From a virus (lineage: Duplodnaviria > Caudoviricetes), in the IMG/VR virus record IMGVR_UViG_3300028048_003164, positions 1 through 64,000 of that record: a stretch of DNA of 64,000 nt, one strand, 5' to 3'. Position numbers and translations under genes: made by a program. Positions 46,206 through 58,149 of this stretch are shown here, piece after piece. Position 1 is the first letter of the stretch. Each line of letters begins with the position of its first letter. The notes beneath the pieces are model-generated. The model made no database searches, was not told where the DNA came from, and saw only the letters and a program-made list of their open reading frames with translations.

Positions 46206-46730
46206 TTATTGCTTTTCGTCGTGAATGTTGCCTATAACTTCAATGCCGAGTTTCGACTCGTCTATAATGTTGCCGTCAGCGTCACCCCATCCATCCTCCT
46301 CGGAAACGTCAAGGTCTTTGCGTAGTTCTTCCAAATTTTCAAGACCGCAAAATGCCAAGGGAGAATAATCGTCGCAAGTGAACATACCGCATTCATAGGA
46401 AACGACTCCATTAATTTCCTTTAGGATAGACTCGTATATCCGGTTAAACGGGTCGCAGTCAGGATTGATGCAGCGGGGAAATATGCAGTAATACCTCACA
46501 ATGTCACCTTCGTATATCTTCTTGCCGTTCTTATCGAACAAACCTGTGAACTGCCCGATGGTGTCAGGTTCTACCCATGTTGGCCTATCTGTTTCTTGAC
46601 AGATATGATGTCCGTCCTCAACCATGTCAGTTTCGCTTACTATATGGTAGTTCCCTTCGATTTTCAACAAACTACCGAAAACCCACTCACCATTATGTGA
46701 GTGTTTGCCACGGAACTCTATTTCTCGCAT
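46206..46730 (-). CDS. YopX family protein
   Basis: REIEFRGK, GQFTGLFDKNGKKIYEGDIV, EVIGNIHD. Confidence 0.92.
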   Translation of the reverse strand: MREIEFRGKHSHNGEWVFGSLLKIEGNYHIVSETDMVEDGHHICQETDRPTWVEPDTIGQFTGLFDKNGKKIYEGDIVRYYCIFPRCINPDCDPFNRIYESILKEINGVVSYECGMFTCDDYSPLAFCGLENLEELRKDLDVSEEDGWGDADGNIIDESKLGIEVIGNIHDEKQ

Positions 46731-46909
46731 ACTCCTACTTCCTTAAATCGTTGACAATTCTTCTGTTCAATGTGCGAAGTGCTTCTAATACCTTTCTGCT
46801 CTCACTTTCGTATTCTGAGCCCTCAAGTCGCATGTTTGCGAAGGAAAGTTCTCGCCCTGCCTTTAGGATTTCTTGCTGGGCATACTTAATCTGTTCTCTT
46901 GGAATCATG

Positions 46910-48947
46910 TCAATCTTCTATTTTAATTCTTACATACCAACCATACGAGTTAAAATCCACCTCGCAGGTCTTGCCTTTCTCACGTACTAATGCGGCCACC
47001 TCTTGTGCAAGGTTGTGTGTGCCGCAACTAATGAACTCCCACGTGTCGTTGCCTTCGGCACGATAACTTTTGAAAGTCCATCCGTTTTTAGTTTTTACCT
47101 GTATCATACTTTTTATTCTACAATGTAATGGGGATTACTTTCGGGCAAAAAGCCAGATTTGATAACTTGTTTGCCTAAGTCGTATATAAGCTTGTCTATT
47201 CGTACCATATCCAGTTCGTCGAGGCATTCTTTCCAAAGCCAACACTCGGTTTCCGTCAGAGCAAACTTGGTGTTCTTGATTATCCATTTTATATAGTATG
47301 GATGTTTCACTACAAGCCAGTATATATACTTGTCCTTATATTTGCCAAATGGCATTTTTCTGCCAAAAAGCAAATCATCGGAACATATTGTCCCGTCGTC
47401 AATTTTCTTTTGCAATAAATCCTTATCTGACATAATCTGTTCCCTCGGGATCATAGCTGCTATCCCAATGAAAGCCTTACGGCCAAGTCTGATAGGTTAT
47501 TAACTTGGAAATGCTCCTTGAGCTCGTTCACTACGGAAACGTTCTGCATTCTGAGGAGCTGCTCAATGGTCGATGGGTTGCCGCCTCGGTATAGCTCCAT
47601 CGAGTTTCTTGCACGTTCTGTCATAATTATATATTTTTTAAACGTTGTGGAATAACCTTCTTGTAGTTGCACTCATCGCAGCAGACACCGTCACGTAAGG
47701 GTGCAGCGTTGTGCGGGTGTCCCTCGACGCGCTTGCCGCAGATGCAGCAGTAGTACACCTCGTGGATTTCGTAGCTCTCCACGTCGGGATTGTCAAGACC
47801 GAAGAACCCTCTCAGGAATCTCTCGGCATCCTCTCCAACTTCTCCGACATAGGAAGGATGGAGCACTGATCCATCCTTCTCCCTTACCGTCATTTCAAAG
47901 TGTCTTTGCATCTTCCTTCGTCGTTATAAAGGTCATCAGTTCTGCCTCCGTATGAAAGCATTTGTTCTCGTCATAGCCGTTGGCGTTGTAGGATTCACTG
48001 TCATAGAGTCGTACGTTTACCGTGTCACCTACCGTGAAGGCATTTATACGATTTACCTCAAACTCCCTTACCTTGAGAGAAGTGGTGTCAATGGTGAAGA
48101 CCTTGTCACCGATGTTGAATTTTGTCTTGATTAACATGATAGAATTATTTTATGGTTAAACTTTATTATTCTCGTAAGCTATAATAGTTCATAAAGTCGC
48201 TTGTTAACGTCGAAGAATCCAGGTTCGAAATCGTTCTCGAACTTTCCGTCCTTTCGGAATATCATCATGTGCTTCGATCTGCGCTTGCTATTGTGTGAAT
48301 AGATGATGACGTTATCTGTAAACTCCTTAAACGCCTCGTCGGATTCTTCTGCCTTACGCTTGGCAAGAACCTGCAAGGCTCTCACCTCCGACTCGGTAAT
48401 GTATACAAATCTGCCGTACACCTCCGCTGCCACCTTTTGATGGTAGCGCATCTTGGCAAGAATGCCCGAGCGCACCTCATGCCGTATCTCGCTGAACTTA
48501 TCGTAGTTGATGCGCCGTTCAAATGCTTTCTCTTCGAGCTGCTGTTTGTATGCTGTCGTTGCTCTCATAGCGGGTAATATAAAAATACGTAAATTGCGCA
48601 AATAAACGCCGCTGTGGCGCATATAATATTGAGGATGGCTGAATGGTTGTCTGCCCACCTTGCAAGCCGACGTGCGGCTTTTAATTCGGCTTTGTAAAGC
48701 TTGTTCATAATCTTAATCATAGGTTGTTTTTTCTTTTACACTCTTCGTAGAAAGCCGCAAGGCACTGCTTGTCGGTCTTGTAGTAGCTGCGGTGAATATC
48801 GTCACCGAGGTCGTCCCAGGCAAGTGAGTTATGGCTTTGGCATGAATACTCTCTGCCCCGAAAGCTTATGGTCACCTTATAGCAGCCCTGCTGCATCCTG
48901 CGGATGGTAACCTTTTCTCTAAGTTCTTTCTCCGTCATTTCTTTCAT
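46910..48947 (-). CDS. Cluster of about 7 small hypothetical ORFs
   Basis: Co-oriented ORFs; 47113-47454 has MPFGKYK; 47627-47911 has a CCIC..CCDEC finger. Confidence 0.55.
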
Positions 48948-48985
48948 TGGTGGTGGCAGGGTGGTTAGCCCTGCCGTGACCTTGT

Positions 48986-49321
48986 TTATCGTGCAATGCT
49001 CAGAAGGTTAGCCTTCTTGAAGCACCTGAACTCACCCTTCTCGGTGTCGAAGTAAACCTGCACCGTGGGGTTCTGGCGGCGGCTGCTCTCGCCCGATGTG
49101 GGAGGCAGCATGTCGGCTCTCAGCGTGCCGTAAGCTTCTCGTGTGCTACCATCAACCTTCTGGAAGTAGAACCTTACTATACGCTGTGTCATTGCGCAGC
49201 GCAGCTTGTAGTTGCGCCATGCCATCTGCAGAGCCTCGCTCATGCTCATACCGTTCTGCTTAACGAAAATCCAAGCCTGCGTCATAATCTCGCTCATTTG
49301 CTGCTTGAAAGTGGTATTCAT
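48986..49321 (-). CDS. WYL-like/SH3 beta-barrel (DUF2693-like) protein
   Basis: FYFQKVDGSTREAYGTL...YFDTEKGEFRCFK. Confidence 0.85.
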   Translation of the reverse strand: MNTTFKQQMSEIMTQAWIFVKQNGMSMSEALQMAWRNYKLRCAMTQRIVRFYFQKVDGSTREAYGTLRADMLPPTSGESSRRQNPTVQVYFDTEKGEFRCFKKANLLSIAR

Positions 49322-49477
49322 ACTCTTGCCCATCCTATAACCCTGGGGTGGCCGGTTCTAAGGGTTCTGGCTTATTGCCGATACAAAAGTACGAAAAACG
49401 TATTTAATAACCAAGTATATTATCAATCTTTAGCATAAAACGGCGACAATTATCTTTTCTTATCAAGATTGTTCTTT

Positions 49478-52400
49478 CTAATCCATACTAAGCGTCAAAG
49501 CAAGCTTAATGGGCTCATCATCCCACCTCAAGGTGGGCAAGGTGAACCCTTCCGCTTCCATATATATCACGGTCTCGGTGGCAAAGCCGAGGTGGTTGCC
49601 TGTCCATATGCCGAAGTTCCCGTTTCTTACAGGTTTGGAGGTGAAGATTCTCCCTTGCCCTGTCTTACTCACGGCATACCAAAGACTTAATACCTTTTCC
49701 ATATTCTTTTATTTGAAATGAAAATCTATAGTTCCAACTTTCGTTTCTATGCACAGATAATCATCATGACTCATTGCCTTCGCAAGTTCCTCGTGGAACG
49801 CAGCGAACTGCTTTATCTGTTGTTTCCACGGAGTCCCGTTTATTTCAATCCGAGGAACTCCGTCCATTCCTACTATTCTCGCCATTCTATTTCTTCTTTT
49901 ATTCCGCAGATACTTAATGCATTCTGTAGTTCGTGCAAGTAGTCCAACGCTATCTTAGCGTTAGTGTACACATTCCTTATGCCGACAAGGCATCTGTGTG
50001 TGGAGTTTGGAAGATTGCTTATATCCGGCACGATGGTCACGACGAAGTCCTTGCATTTGTTCCATAACAGTTGCCTTGCTATAAATGGTTCAAAACCGAT
50101 CTTTTCAAGAACATCTACCGTTAAGGGTATGCCTTCGCATTCCGATATTTTGAAATCGTCCACCTCTTTGACACCGTCATTATTATACGCTAACGCCAAG
50201 TGTCTATCATTAATTTCCACGACAGTGCATATCCTGTCTTCCTTCCAAACCGTTCCTTCGTTGTTCCAACCATGGTCGTGACAAAGGACGTAGTTACCGG
50301 CCATTAATTCTTTATTTGTTAACTCTACCATATTCTTCATCCGTTAATACCAACCAATTGTTATCTTTCAACTCGCAAAGCCAGCGACCCGATGGTACAT
50401 AGTACACATCTTCACCGTCGATGTCATGCACACCGTATGCAAGTTCATACACTGGCTCATTCTCTATCTTCCTCACCCCGACAACGCAGGGCAAGTTAAA
50501 TATCCCCATCGTGATCCTCTGTGGAATCTGATATGTCCTTATAAACTTCTTCATTTTTGTTCTCCTTTGCAAAGTAAGCTACAATGCCGATGATGGCAAG
50601 TGCCTCCACCATCATGCCTATTAATATTCCTATAATTAGTGTCCCTATCATACCTTTATCCTTTCGATTACTGGCTTTTCATCCACCTTCACCCAAATGG
50701 TGTAGGTGTAAGTTTCACTTTCTGTTTTCATTTCTGAAGTGTCGAATTTGGTCATTTTATCTTGACGTTAATTCATTTACATATTGTTTCACTCTCTCAT
50801 CCATCTTGATTCCGTGGGCTTCAAAATTACGCAGTATGTACAATGACGCATCAGCACGCTCGTCGTATATCCCTAATCTGAGAGAGGATTCAATCAAAGA
50901 ACAAAACATCACTAATGAGAGGTAATTATGTATTTCGGCAGGCACGGCACTATCGTAACCGCCATTAGTGCAACATATAGGACATGTAACGATGTTTCCG
51001 CAACACTTTTCATGTTCCGTTATGGCAGGTGCGATAGCAACATATATTGGAAATCCATATAAACCTTTGCTAACCCAAAACGAATGAGGAGGTGCTGGTA
51101 ATATTTCACATTCCCTTTCGATTTTATTTATTACTATTCTCATTTCTCTACTAATATTTTCACACTATCCAAACTTTGACTCAGTTGGTAGTTAACCATG
51201 CAGGTGTGGTGGTACATAGCCCTGCTTTGAGCCATTACGACAAACATCGTTACGAACACCGCAACAAGCACGAGAGCGAAGAACCAGTGATGCTTGATTC
51301 CATGAAGTGTATCATGGAGCAATCTGTTTAAGGTTACTCCCCATGAGCGCAGAAAAATCACCATCCCTTTCAACATGGTTATTAATGCTAATTTGTAGTG
51401 AGTTTTATTCATAATATAGTGTTATTAAAATAAGTTATGCCAAACACCTTTGTTATATATCAAGGATTGCCATTTATTACAAATTGACTGCCTAAATGCA
51501 CCTCTTACAACACCACAATTACTAACGATTTTCATATCCCAATCATCTGGAATTGCATGTTGTAGTTTCATTTCATCCAATAACTCATCGTAGTGTTTAT
51601 CAACGAAAGAATCTATATCTTTCATAGCTTGTACACACCTTTCTTTAAGTTCATCTAATTCTTTCATAATCTACGTTCTTAAAAAATTGTTCAACCTTTA
51701 TTTTTGTTCCATCCCACCAACCTCTAAGTTCAGCGATGGCACATTCTTTATCTTTGTAAGGGTCGGTTTCATAATATTCTTCGCCTATAGATATGCTGCA
51801 TTTCCACAGTCCATGCCATTGGAATATATCAGCATCCACTTTTGATGGGAACGATGTTATTTTTCTTTTGTCCATAATCCTAATTCTAATTGATTCTTAT
51901 CTTTTTTCATTATTTTCTTCCGCTTCGGCCAATGCTCTTGTCTGTATGGGCAGTCAAGCCTTTGTGTTGCATCATAGGTGCGTAGGCTCACTGGCTCGTT
52001 ACCATACCCTAACCATTGCTCGCCTATTTCGTCCCATATCTTGCAGCGTGATTTTGTGTACTCCGAAATGTGAGATACGTTGTTCACTTTCAGCCTTGCC
52101 GACTTCACGCATCTGTCGCAGTTCCTGTCTATCCACATCGCAGCCTCACTGCCGCTTGAAAAGCATGGTATTGATGTTTTCATTTTTCTACCTCCTTTCC
52201 ATATTTGCTTTTAAAGCGATAACACGCAGGTAAATATTCACTCACTATCGGTGCTTGCCCTTCCTTTCCCGGGTGGACGCACCTCGCATTTGCCAATATA
52301 TCGTATGTCATGTAATAACACTCCTTACAGATGTGGTCTTTATTGTTCTTCATCCTCAAACTTTAAATTAGAGTTATCAATTATCTCCGTTGCTATCGCT

Positions 52401-55400
52401 TCGAGGTACGCATCTGCCACCTCTGCTGCATTTTCCTTAGTTGCTTGTTTCAAACGTGGAAACCATTCAGCCTTGATCTCGTCTTCTGCTTTAAAGACCG
52501 CACTGGCAATATCCTTCCAACGTTCGATAAGTTCTTTCCTATTACTCATTTCTCGTTATATTTATTAATGGTTCACTACCCACCCTCATAGGGGTGTCGC
52601 TATCTACTGTTATGTGTGATTTCTCTCCTTCTGGCTTATCGAGCCAGAGCTGATGTCTTAGGCATTGATGTATATCCCATAGGATGTCAGCCGTGTCGTC
52701 GTAGTGAATGCCGTACAGTGCATTGCTTTCGAGTCCCCAGAAACGTTTTTTTATTTCCTTACTCATTCGTTCCGCATCGTGACGCATGGCATACCATCCA
52801 CCGTTCCATTCCTTATCCATGCCGTGACCGCCTACCGCCTCCTTGCAGCGTTTCTCCCACGCCTCTTCCATAAGCTCCTGATACGTCCAATCCTGCCCTT
52901 GTATCAGTCGTGCCATGCGGTCGCAGGTATAGGAAAGCAGCTTTACTTGCCGTTCCGTAAGTTGTACAGTGTATGTTTTCATCCTTCCAAAGGTTCAAAT
53001 AGTTTCAATAGATCCGTTAATATATCAGTCTTACCGTTATAATAGACAGACGAAACATCATAACCAAGCATTATAAAAGAAAAAGTGCCATATTCATCAG
53101 CTTTTTTGTCATAATGTTTTCTTAGTCTCTCCAGAGTCTTCTTAGGTATGATAATAGAGTCACCCTTAATCATGTATTCATCTTTTCTAAGTGTCATTCT
53201 TCACATCCTCCTTTGATTACTGCAGCATAATCTATCACACAAGAGCTACCTCCAACCGCCTTTATATTTCTTGGTTCATCCCCAACAAATAGCTTATATA
53301 AGGCTATAGCGTCTTCTATAGTGGGTGCTACATATAGCTTACCATCTATGTCCCATACTTTTGTTATTGTCCATCCATTCATTCTTCACCTCCTTTATCA
53401 TTTTCTTCATACGTTCTTGACAATACTTGCAGTTACCTTTATGGGTAATATTGGTATAATTGATAGGGGAGCCGGATATAATATATTCACAGCTATCAAG
53501 AGTTTTCGTTGTATATAATGAACCATTTTCATATTTGCACCCCACCATCATAATGGCAGTGAGTGCTAATAATATCAGTTTCTTCATTGCTTTTTGCTTC
53601 GTCTATTACTGTATCTAGGATTGTCTTTAATATATTTTCTAACCCTCACAGGACGATTTGCTTTAAAATAACCACAGGCTTCCTCGTTCTCTTCAACTTG
53701 CAGTATTTCATCATCCACTCTAAAAGGATTAATGCCATCCAAACACTCCTTGTTCATACCAATACTTGCGCAATCCCCTATAGAATGTGGTTTGCCCTCC
53801 TTAACATAGCGCATAAAATAGCCACATTCTCCACATGTCTTATGATTATTCTTCATATCTCATCTTCTTTAAATGGCAGTGGTGCATCTAACCAAATCTT
53901 TACATCAGGGATAGACCATCCTACCTCGCCATTCCTTTCGAGGTAATATCTATTGCCATCAAATTGTTTCCAATCACCCATTGGCATTGTATGAGCAATG
54001 GCTACCTTTGGATATTGTCTTTCTGTTTTGGTAAAGACTACAACCTCTCTGTCTATCTCTGGTAAAAAATCGCCATCAGCGGGGTGCCATAGGTGTGCAT
54101 CAGCCCATAGAGCGCCTTGTACAAAGGCTATAAATTCCCTATTACGTGATTTACCTTTGATTAAATGAGCCACCTGTTCTATCTGTTCTCTTCTTGTCAT
54201 AACTTCCTAATTTGTACAATTACTGCTTGACCTGCATTATAGTCGCCATAAAGTAAATTCTCTCCAAGCCATCTTTGATTTTTGCCATCAACGTTTATGG
54301 TATCGTAAAGAGTTTCTCCTTGCCCAGCCAGCCATTCTGCACCTGCTTTAAAAGCACGTTCCACATAGTCTATATCTGTTTTATCTTCCCACCCATCATC
54401 GCTATATTCAAGATAATTAGCAGGGTTATCGGTGTACTTATCTACTGCTTCATTAACATCAGATAGGAGTGATGGAATACTGTTAAATGCTACTTCAATA
54501 GCATTGTTAAAGTCTTCTTCCGAATAGCCATTGCCTCTACAGGCAAGAATTCTTTTTGCTTCTTCTCTTGTCATAATCATTTCCTCCATACACATACAGG
54601 GCAGTCCTTACTATCCTTAGTGCAATAGTAGCACTCATTGACAGTGTTTGCCCTTATGTCTTCTAAGTTTCTATTAAGTTTCATCCTCCATTGCTTTACG
54701 GAACTTTCTAACTTTACTTTTATACCACTTGATTTCCTCTGGTGTCATTGATGGGTATGATAGTTCATCTTCCCACCACTTGCAAGCCTTGTCAATCAAC
54801 TTTTCCCTTGTATTTTCACTGCCTGCAAAATAAGCATGGTCTTCTGCGTTTTTGATTATTTCATCAACTTCTTTTACTTCAAGGGTGTCGAGAAAATCTC
54901 TTACTTTCCCTAATATTTCATACTCAAATGTAGCATAGGCTCTATCGCTACCTGTCAAGGGAATAGTAAGGATACCTTTCTTAATCTTATCACGCCAATC
55001 CTCCAGCTCCGCCACTACAGCGGCTTTGTCTATCAGTTTCATAATTACTCTTGTTTAGGTTCATCAATATACGTCCAATAAAGAACATCTTCCCAGTTTA
55101 TTCTACCTTCCCATCCTGTGTTTGAGTAATAGCAGCATATATCATATAGCCATATACCGTCTTCCATATTTTTGTTTCTGCAAGCGGTAAGAACTTCTTT
55201 GCCACTTTCAGGAAACTTTATTTTTGTACTAATCCATTCCATATTCATTCCTCCATATACTTTTTGAAATCTTCGTATTTGTATTTTACCTCACTATAAT
55301 AAGGTCTAATTTCCTTACTAATCCATTCAAGTGCCTTCTCAATAAAAGCATCAGTGCGAGTGTATTCAACACTTTCGTTGTTTGCTGGTCTATGTAACCA

Positions 55401-55694
55401 AGGACGCAAAAACTCTCTACCACCTATATCGGGGTGGATATAAATCTTCTCTGGTGCGTTTGCTTTCATAACTTATTCTCCTTTCATATATTCTCTAAAA
55501 TCTTCAACATCATCATCGTTAAAAAACAAAATGTTGTACTGGAGCCACTCAATAGCCTTCTCAATAAAGGTATCAGTGCAGGTGTACTCAATGTTAGTAA
55601 AACCCTCAGATGGTAGTGCATCCCAGCCATCACGCAATTCACCTAATAAATTTTTTGTTAAATAAATATTCTCTGGTGCTTCATTTGCTTTCAT
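49478..55694 (-). CDS. AT-rich run of about 18 small hypothetical ORFs
   Basis: Overlapping start/stop codons on one strand; 53339-53587 has a lipobox-like MVGC; 55245-55694 are tandem paralogues. Confidence 0.6.
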
Positions 55695-57133
55695 AACTTA
55701 TATATTTTTGACATTTGTTCGTAAAGCTCATTTAATTTTGACGCTGGATAGCCGTTTGTATGGTAATGATTGATAGCGTCGTGCAAGCATTCTATCTGTT
55801 CTTCACTTGGCTTCCAAGTGTATCTGTCTTTGAGGGATTTGAGCCAATCAACATCTTTAAGTAGTATATCATTGTCTGCGACATTAAGATTTTCAAGGCA
55901 AGCCACAATTCGATTTATCTTGACTTCATCCTCTTCACTCCAAGACGATTTCATCTCAGATAGAGTATCAGCTCTACCCTTCTCATACTCTGTTCTGAGT
56001 AACTCTTTCATTTCTTCGTCAGTAGGTTTATCATATAGTGCTTCCTTTGCTTCAGCTGATACCATTCTTTGAGAGATTTTCTTTAACTCATGCGTTTCTT
56101 CTGACCACTCATATCCAGCTTCTTTCATCTTTAAAAAGAGAGTATCACGCTGCTCTTTGGTTGCTGGATGATATATACAATTAGCAGTATCTCCCCATCC
56201 ACTGCTTTTAGTAAATCCTACACCACCAATTCCACAATATCCAAATATGGTTAATGGATTTGATACATCTGTTTTTATATTAGACGGTTTTGTTTCTTTA
56301 AATATGAATGGACTTTCTCCCATATAATTTTTATTGATAAGTGTATCACTATCCTTTGCATCTTGGATAGTCCAAAGATGTGCGATTTTATCTACAGTTC
56401 CATATTCTAATGATGTACTTAAACCATTTTGGTCAATCAATTCGTAGCCACATCCATTATAGTTGACCTTATAGCATTTGTTTTGCCATACTATCCAATC
56501 ACCGACCTTGAATTTTGGTTCAATGTTGTCAACAGGTTTCTGCTCATCCATTGTAGCCATAGGAACTTCTTCACCGTTCATAATCTTGATACTCTCCCTT
56601 ACGATTTTCGCATCAGTATGATAGCCTTCGTTATCGAGTGCCACTGCAAGTTTTTCAGTGTATGCCTTCGCTCTGTCAGACACTTCTATCATTTCAAGAA
56701 GTCTTGGAAGAGCCTTGAAGGTAAACTCTTTTTCAGATGTTTCCTTCCCTTGCTTTTCAAGCCAAGACTTTCTTTCCAATTCTACTCCCTTATCATACCA
56801 AGCATGGCACATGTTGATAATAGCTTCCTCAGAATATTTATCCAAAGCTGATGTCAGAGCACCACAATCTGTTCTATTCCAAACATATTCAAAGTCTGTT
56901 GATTCATATTCTTTTTGCTTTTCAAGCCAATTAATCATGTTATTCTGATTTTGCTTGTCAAGAACTTCTGATGATTGTCTGACAAGTTTAATTATTGCTT
57001 TCCTTATCTTCTCATCCTCTGATTCACAGAGTTCAGGGATAATGGTATCAAGTGCTGTTCTTACTGAAAACAGTGCAGACTTATCGTGAAAGTCTTTTAA
57101 TATTTTCATTGCTTCTTTCTTTTCCATAATCAC
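55691..57133 (-). CDS. Modular hypothetical protein
   Basis: Short modules ESEDEKIRK, PKFKVGDW, HLWTIQDAK, WSEEDE, WKPSEEQ. Confidence 0.7.
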   Translation of the reverse strand: MIMEKKEAMKILKDFHDKSALFSVRTALDTIIPELCESEDEKIRKAIIKLVRQSSEVLDKQNQNNMINWLEKQKEYESTDFEYVWNRTDCGALTSALDKYSEEAIINMCHAWYDKGVELERKSWLEKQGKETSEKEFTFKALPRLLEMIEVSDRAKAYTEKLAVALDNEGYHTDAKIVRESIKIMNGEEVPMATMDEQKPVDNIEPKFKVGDWIVWQNKCYKVNYNGCGYELIDQNGLSTSLEYGTVDKIAHLWTIQDAKDSDTLINKNYMGESPFIFKETKPSNIKTDVSNPLTIFGYCGIGGVGFTKSSGWGDTANCIYHPATKEQRDTLFLKMKEAGYEWSEETHELKKISQRMVSAEAKEALYDKPTDEEMKELLRTEYEKGRADTLSEMKSSWSEEDEVKINRIVACLENLNVADNDILLKDVDWLKSLKDRYTWKPSEEQIECLHDAINHYHTNGYPASKLNELYEQMSKIYKL

Positions 57134-57495
57134 AAAAGTTTATCTTTATGTAACTCAATAATCATATTATAACATGCATCAATAGGATTATCAAACCAGT
57201 CTCCTACATATCCATCACCTATATATGCTTTTACCCTATAGTCATAAGTATCATCGGACCAAATCTCCTTTTCTATGTCTATACGAGGTAAAACATCAAT
57301 TAATGCAGAAAGACTCCAAGCAGGATAAAACTTAACATTACCGCTACCATCCTTAACTAAATCCCAATCATCTATAGGAAGTAATCTTATTGTATCATCA
57401 ACAAATACATTCCATCCCATATCAGCGGTATCAATATCAATCCCAAGCTCTATGAGTTTCTTGGATTGCTCTATGCCTGTACAAATCTTATTCAT
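57130..57495 (-). CDS. Hypothetical protein
   Basis: CT.IEQSKKL.ELG..TADM...PAWSLSAL. Confidence 0.65.
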   Translation of the reverse strand: MNKICTGIEQSKKLIELGIDIDTADMGWNVFVDDTIRLLPIDDWDLVKDGSGNVKFYPAWSLSALIDVLPRIDIEKEIWSDDTYDYRVKAYIGDGYVGDWFDNPIDACYNMIIELHKDKLL

Positions 57496-57722
57496 AAATC
57501 TTCAAAATTCAAACTTATACCAAGATACATTGGAAAGAGAATACCTCCAAGTATTAAACAACCACTAAATACACCAAATATATTTTTCCCTTTAGATTTT
57601 GCTATACGATAAACTGCTCCAAAGCAAAATAATGCTGCAAAAATCCAATAAAATATTAGTAAATATATCATAATTATTTCTTTTTATTATTTCTTTTTGA
57701 GTCTTCTGAACTTTATCAGTAG

Positions 57723-57821
57723 TAGGTGGATTAGGAGTCGAACCCTTGTTTCAATAATCGCGATATTACCTGTTCTGAAAATTCAGTTAAGCCGCCACCG
57801 TGGCGAGCTGCCGATCCACCC
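57723..57821 (-). ncRNA. tRNA-like element (degenerate)
   Basis: GGGTGGAT/ATCCACCT acceptor-like stem, CGCCA-CGG-TGGCG arm, GGTTCGACTCC. Confidence 0.5.
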
Positions 57822-58149
57822 GTAATGCCCACCGCCGTGGGCTGTGATTTAAAATGCGTTTTTTAGACATATAGTTTCACAACTATGTTTTTCATTCAAG
57901 CGATACAAAGGTACGAATAAAGTATTTATTTTCAAAGTAATATATGCTAAAAATGCTTAATAGCGGCAACAAAATACGCATATATTGCATATCTTTTGAA
58001 TTAAAATATTACTTTTGCAATGTGTTCAAGGGCACTACATTGACACTAAAAATGAATTTTTACTTTAATATATAAAGTAGAGGAAACCGAGAAAGAAGTA
58101 GTGCTCTTTCGAGGTTTCCTATTTTTATTAAATATCAAAAAGTAAGCAA

